A stretch of 64,000 nucleotides of DNA from an uncultured Candidatus Saccharibacteria bacterium (GTDB lineage: Bacteria; Patescibacteriota; Saccharimonadia; Saccharimonadales; Saccharimonadaceae), in the NCBI GenBank assembly GCA_964581595.1, contig CAZOPB010000004.1:12018-76017 (forward strand), given 5' to 3'. Position 1 is the stretch's first letter, and every line of letters begins with the position of its first letter. This document shows positions 1-9,168 of the stretch, one piece after another. The notes under the pieces were generated by a model, which saw nothing but the letters and a program-made list of their open reading frames with translations, had not been told where the DNA came from and ran no database searches. A program made the translations under genes and the position numbers.

Positions 1-316
1 GTTCTTCGTAATAACCCCTCAAACGCTCGACATCAGCAAACAAAGTCGGCTCGCTGACTTGCTCGCTACTCACAATCATGAGACCATCTTCGAAAATTTT
101 GACCTTCACATGCTCATTGGTGATAAAAGAAACAAATTCTTCGTTGGCTACGCCGTATTCAATCGTATCAATACGTAAGTTGTCGCGTAGTTCTAAGAGT
201 TTATTGCCGTCCAGACCAAGCTGCGATGTGCCATCGCGTAAAAAATCGTAAATCTCGGAAAGCTGCAACGTGGTACGCTGGAACCATCCGCCAATATAGA
301 TACTTTGGATTTTCAA
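1..316 (-). CDS. hypothetical protein; the 3' part runs off the left edge of the window
   Basis: The minus-strand frame is open from the window edge up to a TTG at 316-314, which lies 5 nt after a GGAGG (rc of 322-326). The translation LKIQSIYIGGWFQRTTLQLSEIYDFLRDG... matches no family I recognise. It is absent from the ORF track because it has no stop inside the window. Confidence 0.45.
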   Translation of the reverse strand, partial: MKIQSIYIGGWFQRTTLQLSEIYDFLRDGTSQLGLDGNKLLELRDNLRIDTIEYGVANEEFVSFITNEHVKVKIFEDGLMIVSSEQVSEPTLFADVERLRGYYEE

Positions 317-396
317 AATTTCCTCCTCAAGCCGGCTGGCGGCTCGTAATTTTTGACCTCACTTGTTATGTTAATTGTAACATACTTTTAGGCTTT

Positions 397-615
397 TTAA
401 AGAATTTCTAATAACTTTTCCCGGCCACGAGCGCCAGATTTAATGCTAATACGAGTTTTGGCAATGTGAAAATGTTTAGATAATAGCTTAATTAGCGCCG
501 CGTTAGCCTCACCGTCAATTGGTTTCTCGCGAAGATAAACCGTTAAATTATTACCATCTTCGATTACAAGCGGACCTTTCTTGGAATTTGGCTTGACGGT
601 AACATGGTGAATCAT
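397..615 (-). CDS. DUF167/YggU-family small protein
   Basis: MIHHVTVKPNSKKGPLV...LTVYLREKPIDGEANAALIKLLSKHF...ISIKSGARGREK resembles the UPF0235/DUF167 pattern. I chose the internal ATG at 615, because the track start at 654 would overlap the upstream gene. Confidence 0.6.
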   Translation of the reverse strand: MIHHVTVKPNSKKGPLVIEDGNNLTVYLREKPIDGEANAALIKLLSKHFHIAKTRISIKSGARGREKLLEIL

Positions 616-640
616 ATTACATATATTATATAATATAAAG

Positions 641-1345
641 TTAGGATTTATCACTCAAAATCCATTGAATAATTTGTTGCTTGAAAAAGTAATATTCGTC
701 TTTTTCGAATTGCATGTTGGCGATGCAATATTCATGATTAGAAATGTGGCTACAAAAGATACATTCGTGAAGCTGACCGCAATCTTGAATAAAAAGCGAG
801 TTGCTAATGTTGCCGGAGCAAATAATATTATATGAATTTGTGCAGGCACTGGAATCGTCGGCGCGAATGCAAAAATCAACTTTGCCGCTGCGCTGACAGG
901 CTATGGAAAAATTACTTTCGTGAGTACCGTCGCAGAAAAGAATATTTTTGCACTTACCGCAATTAGTAGAATTATAGACATTGATCGATTCATAAATCGG
1001 GTCACTAGCTACGACATTATCGCTATTGAAAACGCGCTCGGTAGTAGTAGAATTAATTTCGTCCCATTCGGCTAGAAGTTCGTGGAGATTATGAAAAGTT
1101 TTCTTCGGGCGCATCCAGCCAGTAGAATCGTCGACTTGATTAGAATTTTGATTGGTAATAAAGGTCTTAGCATTTGGCATAGCCGTCCAAGTCGGCTGAT
1201 GGGTCCGAGAATCTTTGACCTCTACCGGTAAGATAATATCAAAGGCAAATTTTTCCTTTAGCTGCTCAAGCGTATAGGGATTGTCTTGATCGAAAATTGC
1301 TCGGAAAACTTTGTTTGCAATTTCGAGAAATTGATAGTTATTCAT
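641..1345 (-). CDS. hypothetical protein with a Cys-repeat C-terminal half
   Basis: The ATG at 1345 lies 7 nt after AGGAG (rc of 1353-1357) and 4 nt after the stop of the upstream ATPase gene. The C-terminal roughly 110 aa carry about 15 Cys in short repeats (NCGKCKNILFC, SIAC, DFC, SSAC, IICSGN, IQDC, HECIFCSH, EYC). No family recognised. Confidence 0.6.
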   Translation of the reverse strand: MNNYQFLEIANKVFRAIFDQDNPYTLEQLKEKFAFDIILPVEVKDSRTHQPTWTAMPNAKTFITNQNSNQVDDSTGWMRPKKTFHNLHELLAEWDEINSTTTERVFNSDNVVASDPIYESINVYNSTNCGKCKNILFCDGTHESNFSIACQRSGKVDFCIRADDSSACTNSYNIICSGNISNSLFIQDCGQLHECIFCSHISNHEYCIANMQFEKDEYYFFKQQIIQWILSDKS

Positions 1346-1349
1346 TTTT

Positions 1350-3224
1350 TTACTCCTTATTTTTTGGTTTACGATTAGTGGAGAAAGTTTGGGCAAAGGC
1401 GGTGATGTTGTCACCTTCGATCGAAAAGCTGAATTCGGGAACATGCACGGCAGTTTGGTCGGTAGGTTCTGGTATTTTCGCATCGAGTACTTGCGTGCGC
1501 AGGGCGGGCTGAATTTCCATAGATTCAACATCGTAATCCGTGGTGTGGGCTTTAAAAATTGGCATCAAATCATCATCGCTACTAATGCGAACTAGGCATT
1601 CGCGACACTTCAAACCGATAAGAACTTTTTGAGCAGCGTCGGCACTAGCGTCGCCTTCGACTTTGATTGGCAGATTCTCAGCGATTAAATCAGCGTCACT
1701 TTTGGAAACGCGGAAAAGATAGTAATTGGGGATGTTTGCGAAGATAGCCGAGCGCAAAGCGGACTCGATTTGGTCAAAATATTGACCGGCCAGAATTACC
1801 GAAGCATGATATTTCCGTAACTCAGAAAGGAAGCGGGCGATGATAGGATTTTGGACGGTAGCAACTTCATCAATGATAATAATTAAATGCTGACCCGCCG
1901 GCTGTTGCTGGGCAAGCAGGAAAAGTTGCTGCATCAAAAGCCCGGCGATGGTACGAGTAACTTTGTCGCCGAGCTTGAGACGGTTGAGCGAGAAAATCGT
2001 GAGAAAATTCTGCTCAACTTTGCTGGCGAGGTTAGATTGGCCGGAATTTTCGTGATTAAAAACCGGCACCATTTGCATTTCGTCGATAAAAGCGATGATT
2101 GGCGCGATGGCGGCGGCGTAATGCTGAGACTTGATTTCATTAAAATCCGTGAGAAAGAAATGCGATACGCTAGTAGGCAAAGCTGTTTGATATTGCCGGA
2201 GAATCTGATTGCGATATTCGAGATCGAGAAGAAGTTTGCGCAAAGTCAGAAAAGAGAAATTTCGTGCGATCATGAGAAGATAAACTGAATATCTGAGCAC
2301 GCGCTCGAGATTACCATTGTAATTATCGCCAATTAAATTTTGAAAAAGTGAAAGCGTGAGCTCGACATTAACGTTAATATCTTCAACTTTAGCGCTAAAA
2401 AGATCGATACTACTAGCTAAAGTTTGGAAATTAATCAGATTAGTCGCTGAAATATTGGCGCAATCCTTGTAAAGAGCGTCGTGCGGATCGATGACGACGA
2501 TTTTGTACTTCCCAGAATCGTTTCGAGAAACTTTGTCGATGAAAGAAGCGATGAATCGTGATTTGCCAGAGCCACTGCTACCGATGATTAGTGAATGTTT
2601 GGCGAAATCGAAATGATTTAGGTCGAGATAATAAGGGCGCTCAAAATACGGAAAAGGATCAATTTCAAGCAAAGCTTGAGCTGAATTTTCAGTAAGGATA
2701 CTAGTGACTTTGTCGAGCTTAAAATATTTCGGAAACTTTTTATATAAAATAGTTTTAGACTTATCAAAATCAATACTCAAAAGCTTCTCGGGCGTAAAAG
2801 ATGTAAATTTTTTGGAATAAGTTTTGTCTTTGAAATGGTAGAAAATTTGCGCGCGTCCAGAATATAAATTATGAATACTATAAAAATCGAGTAAAACTTC
2901 GTAAGCCTTTCTACCTTGCTTTTGAAAATCTTGAAAAACATCGACGAGATTATCTTTGCGATTAGAATTATAAATGCCAGTAAAGTGACTAGAAGTCTTG
3001 GGAACATTCGCGCACGACTTAAGAAGAAAATTCTCGAGGCTAAAACTATTCGGAATAGGCTGATCGGCGAGCAAAAAGTAATGCAACAAGTTCTGGTTAT
3101 AGGAAAGTTTGATTTGCCAGTGCGAAAAGTTGTCGAGATATTTGGCGACGGCACGCAAAAGAGTGTTCCAGTCGGAAGAACTGACGTGGCCATGCTTCAG
3201 ATAAATTTCATAACAGTACCGCAT
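1350..3224 (-). CDS. HerA/VirB4/FtsK-like P-loop ATPase (DUF87-type) with an unassigned N-terminal domain of about 215 aa
   Basis: Walker A is LIIGSSGSGKSRF, followed by KIVVIDPHDAL; Walker B is HLIIIIDEVAT; late LFRVS/arginine-finger-like region. Length is 624 aa. Confidence 0.65.
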   Translation of the reverse strand: MRYCYEIYLKHGHVSSSDWNTLLRAVAKYLDNFSHWQIKLSYNQNLLHYFLLADQPIPNSFSLENFLLKSCANVPKTSSHFTGIYNSNRKDNLVDVFQDFQKQGRKAYEVLLDFYSIHNLYSGRAQIFYHFKDKTYSKKFTSFTPEKLLSIDFDKSKTILYKKFPKYFKLDKVTSILTENSAQALLEIDPFPYFERPYYLDLNHFDFAKHSLIIGSSGSGKSRFIASFIDKVSRNDSGKYKIVVIDPHDALYKDCANISATNLINFQTLASSIDLFSAKVEDINVNVELTLSLFQNLIGDNYNGNLERVLRYSVYLLMIARNFSFLTLRKLLLDLEYRNQILRQYQTALPTSVSHFFLTDFNEIKSQHYAAAIAPIIAFIDEMQMVPVFNHENSGQSNLASKVEQNFLTIFSLNRLKLGDKVTRTIAGLLMQQLFLLAQQQPAGQHLIIIIDEVATVQNPIIARFLSELRKYHASVILAGQYFDQIESALRSAIFANIPNYYLFRVSKSDADLIAENLPIKVEGDASADAAQKVLIGLKCRECLVRISSDDDLMPIFKAHTTDYDVESMEIQPALRTQVLDAKIPEPTDQTAVHVPEFSFSIEGDNITAFAQTFSTNRKPKNKE

Positions 3225-3293
3225 TTTTCATATTATAACATAAGGCGCTACTGAGAAATTGACATTTTGCGCACGGAAAAAGTAACTGTGAGC

Positions 3294-4118
3294 CTAATAA
3301 ATTGGAATCAGAAAATCGGTTTTGTCATCATGATAATATTCCAAATCTGCCTCGGGGCGTAGCTGATAGGGACAAGTCGGGAGAAACTTTTGGTAAAAAA
3401 GTTCACTAATATTCTGAATGTCTGTAGCATTTTGGGAATTGATCGAAAATTTCAGCCAACGCAAGGGTGGAATATGATATTGCACAAAATCTAAGGCATG
3501 GGGCAGATGCTCAGGCAACCACAAAACGTAATAGTGATATTTATCAAGATCATCACGCCCGTAGTCGTAATGCAGTACGCCATAATCGGGATGCGGTAAA
3601 GTGGCATACTCCTTCGCGACAAGTTCAAACAAAGCTGGAGCGTCGTGGTGAATGTGATGATAATCAGAAATAATTTCAAGACCGCAGAGATCGAGCGCGC
3701 CCATTTTAATAACTTCATAATTCAAATCTTCGATTTCGGCGGGCTTAGCGAGAGATAACTTTGGATAATATTTCAGATGCTGCGCGCTTTGTTTAACTTC
3801 ACTAGGCTTAATCCCGTGATAACGATAGAAAGCACGCGAAAAGGTAGCCGTAGAAGTATAACCATATTTCAGAGCGATGTCGAGAATGCGTAAGTCGGAT
3901 TGAACTAAATCTTTGACGGCCAAAGTCAGGCGACGCTTGCGCACATAATCTGCCAAGGTAACTCCGGTGATGAGCGGAAAAACTTTTTGAATGGTGGCTA
4001 AATTTAGTCCTGCACCATTAGATAGTTCTGAGCAATTAATATCATCGAGATTCTGCTCGATTAAGTCGATAAAGTGATTGAGCTGCTCGTAAAACATTTT
4101 AGCTATTTGATACTCCAA
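3294..4118 (-). CDS. AraC-family transcriptional regulator with a GyrI-like effector domain
   Basis: The N-terminal double HTH reads LATIQKVFPLITGVTLADYVRKRRLTLAVKDL...YGYTSTATFSRAFYRYHGIKPSE. The C-terminal roughly 150 aa resemble the GyrI/SbmC-like fold region. Confidence 0.8.
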   Translation of the reverse strand: MEYQIAKMFYEQLNHFIDLIEQNLDDINCSELSNGAGLNLATIQKVFPLITGVTLADYVRKRRLTLAVKDLVQSDLRILDIALKYGYTSTATFSRAFYRYHGIKPSEVKQSAQHLKYYPKLSLAKPAEIEDLNYEVIKMGALDLCGLEIISDYHHIHHDAPALFELVAKEYATLPHPDYGVLHYDYGRDDLDKYHYYVLWLPEHLPHALDFVQYHIPPLRWLKFSINSQNATDIQNISELFYQKFLPTCPYQLRPEADLEYYHDDKTDFLIPIY

Positions 4119-5520
4119 ATAATTCTAAAACTTCGTGAAAGTGAGAAGAGGCAGTTTGGAATTTGTCACTAAGGCTTAAGATTTCGGAAAAAGAGCTAGA
4201 TATGCCAGCGGTCGGACCTTCCTGTAAAGTAGTTTTTAAGAAGTTTGGCGCCAGCTGGAGACCGGACCTTAGTAAATCCTGGAAATCTCCGGCGGTGCGC
4301 GAAAGGTAAAACTCGGTAATTTGCTGAGCAAGCAAAGTCTTAGTATCGGCAGAATTATTCATAATTGTATTAAGGCCGAAGAGGGCGAGGAAGGCCTTGG
4401 CCATTTTGAAAAGAAAACGCGGCGGAGCGATGTCGTATTGCGTGAAGATACCAATCATTTCGACAAAAAACTGCGGAACAGGAATGTCGTGTAACTTATC
4501 AATTTCCTTGCGCATGTCGGCAGTAAGCTGTGCGCGGTCGACGCGTTCGAATTGGCTCTGCTGAAATAGTAAGTCTATAATGCGTTCGACTTTGCTGGTA
4601 TACGAGCTTAAGAAAAGTTCACGCGTAAGCTCGGCTTCGGCAGGACTAAATTCAAAAATCAAGCCCATATCGAGAAAACCGACATTCCCCGCTGCGTCAA
4701 GATAAATATTGCCACCATGCGGATCCCCATGGAAAACTACTGGAAGCTGATGGAAAAGCGCGTAGAAAGACAGCCGGATGTAATCGTTTTCGGCTTGAGA
4801 GATCTTGGCTTTGTTTGCAACGGTTAATTCAAGCTGATTAACTGTCGGATGAGGAATAAATTCCATAACAATGACATTCGGAGTACACAAATCTGCATAA
4901 AGCTCAGGTGTAACGATTTTAGTACGAATACCTTTGATTTTGCCATTTACACTCTCGGCGAATTCACGATAACGCAGAATATTATGTTGCTCATTTTGAA
5001 AATCAGTTTCTTGGTAGATCCAATCAAGATAATATTCGAGAGCTTTGTCGCTACCAAAAAGATTGCGAAACCGAACAAGCTTACCGAAACGGTGAATGAT
5101 TTTGCGAATTTGTCGGACGTCATGCTCGATGCGATGCGTCACATCGCAACGTTTGACTTTAACTGCGACAATCCTACCGTCTTTGAGCACGGCGCGGTGA
5201 ACTTGGGAAATCGAGGCAGAACCGAGTGGAGCTTCGTCAATTGATTGAAAAACTTGTTCAAGCTTATCACCATATTCTTGCTGGAGAATATGTTGAATCT
5301 TATCAAACGAGAGTGGGCGACAATGGTCGCAAATGCTAGAAAGCTGCTGACGATCCGCTTCCGTAAAGATGTTGCCAACATTTTGCATGGCGAGAATCTG
5401 GGCGACTTTGATATAGACGACACCCATACTACTCGCAAAGTCGCAAACGACCTTGCCGGTGTTTTGGCGTAAAATGAATTTCTTGATAAGTGCTAGGAAA
5501 GCTTGCCAATATAGCCGCAT
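4099..5520 (-). CDS. ABC1/UbiB-family atypical protein kinase
   Basis: Motifs GSASISQVHRAVLKDGRIVAVKVKR, HGDPHGGNIYLD and FLDMGL are present. The 3' end overlaps the AraC gene start by 20 nt. Confidence 0.8.
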   Translation of the reverse strand: MRLYWQAFLALIKKFILRQNTGKVVCDFASSMGVVYIKVAQILAMQNVGNIFTEADRQQLSSICDHCRPLSFDKIQHILQQEYGDKLEQVFQSIDEAPLGSASISQVHRAVLKDGRIVAVKVKRCDVTHRIEHDVRQIRKIIHRFGKLVRFRNLFGSDKALEYYLDWIYQETDFQNEQHNILRYREFAESVNGKIKGIRTKIVTPELYADLCTPNVIVMEFIPHPTVNQLELTVANKAKISQAENDYIRLSFYALFHQLPVVFHGDPHGGNIYLDAAGNVGFLDMGLIFEFSPAEAELTRELFLSSYTSKVERIIDLLFQQSQFERVDRAQLTADMRKEIDKLHDIPVPQFFVEMIGIFTQYDIAPPRFLFKMAKAFLALFGLNTIMNNSADTKTLLAQQITEFYLSRTAGDFQDLLRSGLQLAPNFLKTTLQEGPTAGISSSFSEILSLSDKFQTASSHFHEVLELFGVSNS

Positions 5521-5531
5521 TGCATTCCAAC

Positions 5532-5825
5532 CTAACGACTTATCGGATAATTTTGCTGAATAGATTCGGAAAGGCTTAGCTTGAGACTGACTAGGCTGTC
5601 ACTATGGCTAGCAATAGCCGTCTCGGAAAGTTCCTTCTCATCTAACTCTTCGATAGCTTCGACCGGGCGACGATTAAGCCCAGCGATAATAACTGGAATG
5701 ACTAGGCATTCGGCAACATGAAAAAGTAAATGCCCAATGATTAGTACGCCACCAAGCAAACCGAGCTTGCCGGCTTTAAACTTCTTGATTTGCTCATCGA
5801 TATGACAGTGACAACAGTGCTTCAT
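5532..5825 (-). CDS. small Cys/His-rich membrane protein, hypothetical
   Basis: An N-terminal MKHCCHCH motif is followed by two hydrophobic helices (LGLLGGVLIIGHLLF, CLVIPVIIAGL). Confidence 0.5.
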   Translation of the reverse strand: MKHCCHCHIDEQIKKFKAGKLGLLGGVLIIGHLLFHVAECLVIPVIIAGLNRRPVEAIEELDEKELSETAIASHSDSLVSLKLSLSESIQQNYPISR

Positions 5826-5847
5826 ACTTATATTATACCATACTTTA

Positions 5848-6531
5848 TTAAAACTTCATGCCACGGAGTTTCTGCTTGTCTTCGGCGGAAATACGACGAG
5901 ATTCACAGGCCTTTTGGATAGCCTTATTATGAGCGAAAGTGGAAAGCTGATCATGTAAAAGATATTCAAGCGTCTGGTCGCGAAATTTGGTAAAAAGCTC
6001 GGCGACTAGCCAAGCCTTGGCCATTTCGACATAATGATAGTCGGATTTAACAGAATCAAGCAAACTAAAAATCCTATCTAAGTATTCGGCGCAAATAAAA
6101 TGGTCAAGTATCATCACAAACATAAAGCGGAGTTCGTATTCAGCGTTGCTTTTGGCATAACTAGTGATAAAATCCCAAACTTCCGGTAAATCTTCGTCGC
6201 GAAAGTTAAAACTCGCGCAAAAACAGTCACAAATCGCCCAGTTATTAATTAGTGGAACGAACCAAGCAACGTAACCTAGCCGCTCGGATAAGCTCATCGG
6301 CGCCGTAGCAATCACGACGCCAGCAATGAGAACTTCCTCGTAATAATGCGGCTCGAAGCCATCGAGAAATTGCCAATAATCACCTTTTGTGATTTGCTTG
6401 GCAAGTTTACGCTGCTCGGGCATGCGCACGCCGATGACATACTGAGCTTGTGGGCAAGTCTTGAGATGGAATTCGCGATAAGCTACATCCTCAAGATCGA
6501 AAAGTCGTTCACGAAGCTCTGTAGGTGTCAT
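5848..6531 (-). CDS. DNA alkylation repair protein (AlkD-like HEAT-repeat family)
   Basis: FDLEDVAYREFHLKTCPQAQYVIGVRMPEQRKLAKQI and the following helical repeats fit the AlkD-like family pattern. Confidence 0.65.
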   Translation of the reverse strand: MTPTELRERLFDLEDVAYREFHLKTCPQAQYVIGVRMPEQRKLAKQITKGDYWQFLDGFEPHYYEEVLIAGVVIATAPMSLSERLGYVAWFVPLINNWAICDCFCASFNFRDEDLPEVWDFITSYAKSNAEYELRFMFVMILDHFICAEYLDRIFSLLDSVKSDYHYVEMAKAWLVAELFTKFRDQTLEYLLHDQLSTFAHNKAIQKACESRRISAEDKQKLRGMKF

Positions 6532-6534
6532 AAT

Positions 6535-7599
6535 CTACTCGGATAAAAACTCGTCTAGACTAAAGCCCTCGGTATCAACATTTTCGTGGCCAAGGTCAAA
6601 GCGCATCTGAGGATTTTTAGTAACGATTTCTTCGCGCGGATAACCTTCGATGCGAATATCATCAACCGTGAAATCGAAGAAGTTCTTTTTCTCGGGATTG
6701 AGCCAAAGGCGAGGCTGGCAATCGACCGGCTCGCGAGCGATGAGCTCTTTGGCAAGCTCGATATGACGATCATAAATCTGAATATTTTGGACGAACCAAG
6801 AGAAACGGCCGGGTTGGTAGCCGCAATGCCGGGCAACCAGGCAGAGGAAAGTAGTATATTGAACTTGATTGATACAGCCCGCGGCCATGAAGTCGCTCGA
6901 GCGCTGATACAAACACATATCAAGATAGTCAATGCCATCCTTACCATGACGGACATTCCAAGCGGTCTGATAAGCACAAGGTTTAAGACCGTGTTTTTCT
7001 TTGAAATCGTCGACTTGCCACATATTAATAATATGGCGGCGACCATCAGGATTATTCTTAATATCATCGAGCAAATCTTGGACTAGATTGTGGCGCCGAA
7101 CCGTCTCACCATAGACGGTGCCGATTGTGCGATCACCAATATCCCATTCATCCCACCAAGTAATACCATATTTTTCTTTGAGCAAATCGAGATTATTGGA
7201 CTGATCTTGATAAATCCAGAGTAATTCACTAATCGCCCACTTCACAGCAATCGGGCGCAAAGTGATGAGCGGAAATTCACCCTTGGACAAATCATAAGTC
7301 GTCATGATATGGTTAATGCTCAGAGTATGCGCAGGCACGCCGTCGCCATATTTGGAGCTGGGCCATTTATCCATGCAGCCTTCGTCAAGAATGCGCGAAA
7401 TAATTTCCTTAGTATATTGATCGCCTTTAGTACCGTGCGGAGTTTCAGCTGGTTTCTCTGGCTCTGACGCAGAGACTTTTTCAAGCGTTTTTCCTTCAAT
7501 TTCACTACTGCGTTTTGTGTAAGTCTGAGTCTTCCAGACTGGAATGAGACCAAATAAGCGTCGTTCCCTGACTTCGGTCGTTTCTGTGATTTTTGCCAT
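6535..7599 (-). CDS. thyA: thymidylate synthase (ThyA) with an N-terminal extension of about 60 aa
   Basis: Motifs RRHIINMWQV, LKPCAYQTAWNV (active-site Cys) and SSDFMAAG are present. GGAGG lies upstream of the ATG at 7599. Confidence 0.9.
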   Translation of the reverse strand: MAKITETTEVRERRLFGLIPVWKTQTYTKRSSEIEGKTLEKVSASEPEKPAETPHGTKGDQYTKEIISRILDEGCMDKWPSSKYGDGVPAHTLSINHIMTTYDLSKGEFPLITLRPIAVKWAISELLWIYQDQSNNLDLLKEKYGITWWDEWDIGDRTIGTVYGETVRRHNLVQDLLDDIKNNPDGRRHIINMWQVDDFKEKHGLKPCAYQTAWNVRHGKDGIDYLDMCLYQRSSDFMAAGCINQVQYTTFLCLVARHCGYQPGRFSWFVQNIQIYDRHIELAKELIAREPVDCQPRLWLNPEKKNFFDFTVDDIRIEGYPREEIVTKNPQMRFDLGHENVDTEGFSLDEFLSE

Positions 7600-7736
7600 A
7601 AAATTACCTCCACTTATAGCTATAGCTACTGTACCTGCCCACCGGTTGTTTATCTTATAATTAGTATACCAGAAAAGATTAGTAAATGGCGTGTAGAATT
7701 TACAACGAGATGAACTTTACATGTTAAAATAGAAGC

Positions 7737-8189
7737 ATGAAAAAGCGTGGTTTTGAAATCGCAAAAGGCTGGGAGGGGCGCGGGATAAATTTACCGAAAC
7801 GGGCGACAAAGAACTCGGCGGCTTATGATATTGAAGCGGCAGAGGACGTGCGAGTGCCAGCGTTTCGGCCGGGAGTGAAGCCGACTTTGATTTCGACCGG
7901 GCTGAAGGCTTATTGTGAGCCAGATGAATTCTATGTGGTATGCAATCGGAGCTCGGGACCGAACAAAGGAATTGTACTGAGCAATGGAATCGGTATCGTC
8001 GATGCGGATTACTATGAAAATAGTGACAATGACGGGCATTTCCGAGTGATCGTCTATAATGTCTCGGACAAAGAAATTACGATTAAGAAGGGTGACCGAA
8101 TCGCACAGGTGGTATTTCAGAAGTATTTGCTGGCGGATGGCGATCTTGCCGAGGGCGAGAGAACGGGCGGAATCGGGTCGACTGGATAG
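7737..8189 (+). CDS. dut: dUTP diphosphatase
   Basis: Motifs SAAYDI, NRSSGPNKGIVLSNGIGIVDADY and GERTGGIGSTG are present. An extended -10 TGtTAAAAT ends 6 nt before the ATG. Confidence 0.9.
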   Translation: MKKRGFEIAKGWEGRGINLPKRATKNSAAYDIEAAEDVRVPAFRPGVKPTLISTGLKAYCEPDEFYVVCNRSSGPNKGIVLSNGIGIVDADYYENSDNDGHFRVIVYNVSDKEITIKKGDRIAQVVFQKYLLADGDLAEGERTGGIGSTG

Positions 8190-8246
8190 ATTTAGTATAG
8201 TCTCAGATATTGAAATTTCTTGGAGCCAGGGCTGGACTGCATGAGT

Positions 8247-8326
8247 AAAACTCGACAGGCGTGTCGAGTTTTGGAATGCTCCACCCCTGTAAGCTAGAAG
8301 TGAAACTCGACGGGCATGTCGAGTTC
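8247..8326 (+). terminator. two tandem near-identical hairpins downstream of dut
   Basis: The hairpins are AAAACTCGACaggcgtGTCGAGTTTT (8247-8272) and GAAACTCGACgggcatGTCGAGTTC (8302-8326). The first has a T-run and the second does not. Confidence 0.6.
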
Positions 8327-8502
8327 TGAGGTTGGCTCAGGCAGCGGGGGAGTTCTTGAGAGCTTTGATTTTTGACAAAAAAGTTAAATGCTTATGCTTG
8401 GCTTTTGAGATGAGGTGTGCGATAATGGACTTAACGAGGAGGAATTTAGGTACACCCTGATGCTGGGATTCTCTTAGTACATTAAGAAGGAGGTTTGGTA
8501 GT

Positions 8503-9168
8503 ATGACGCCGAGGTGGCTTTTTGAGCGCATAAGGCAGCAATACCTGGCGCTCGGGCAGGAAGAGGTCTTGGCAGTATATGATGCGGATGATATTCTCTG
8601 GATGTTGATGTGGCGAGTAGCACAGGAGCTGAAGCTGGACTGGGAGACGGCGACGGCAGTTTTCTCGATTCGAGACAACAGGCGACTGACGCCTTACCAG
8701 CAGGACGCGATTATCGAAGCTTTTGGCAACCCGAAGATGTTTGAAAACATTGAGTTTTTGCCGGGAACAAGCGAGATCATGCGACCTTGCGAGCTGGGAG
8801 CGAAGGTAATGATTAACAGTAACTCGTTTAATGAGCGAATTGGTGAGCTGAAGTGTATGCAGCTGCTCGCGGCAATTCCTCGCCTGAGGCCAGAAGATAT
8901 TCAGATGAACATTATTTCGCATAGCGAAGCCAAGAAGAAACCGCTGGATCCGCGGACGACGATTTTTGTCGATGACAGTCCGCACAACGTAGCAAAATCT
9001 CCGGCACTGATCAACGTGATGCCGAAGTATATGCCGTGGAGCTGGTGTCCGCAGGCAATCCTGGAGATTAACGGTAAACCGACGGTTTGGCGCAAAGATC
9101 TCATCGCAATCAACGAACTCGTGTATGACCTGACGAAGTATTTGATGGGAGGCGAAAAATGTGCTTAG
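8503..9168 (+). CDS. 5'(3')-deoxyribonucleotidase-like HAD phosphatase (NT5C family), copy 1
   Basis: HAD motif I is VYDADDILW and motif III/IV is IFVDDSPHNV. AGGAGG lies upstream of the start. Confidence 0.65.
   Translation: MTPRWLFERIRQQYLALGQEEVLAVYDADDILWMLMWRVAQELKLDWETATAVFSIRDNRRLTPYQQDAIIEAFGNPKMFENIEFLPGTSEIMRPCELGAKVMINSNSFNERIGELKCMQLLAAIPRLRPEDIQMNIISHSEAKKKPLDPRTTIFVDDSPHNVAKSPALINVMPKYMPWSWCPQAILEINGKPTVWRKDLIAINELVYDLTKYLMGGEKCA

Noticed and set aside
641-1531. Longer N-terminal versions of several track ORFs (641-1531, 43828-45288, 28186-30309, 63139-63933, 46549-47913, 42511-43920, 397-654)
   Set aside because: The extensions overlap upstream genes or lie upstream of the recognisable promoter or SD. 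Internal ATGs with a proper SD or -10 context, and canonical N-termini (for example enolase MDSFVIKDIKARQVLDSRGNPT), were preferred.
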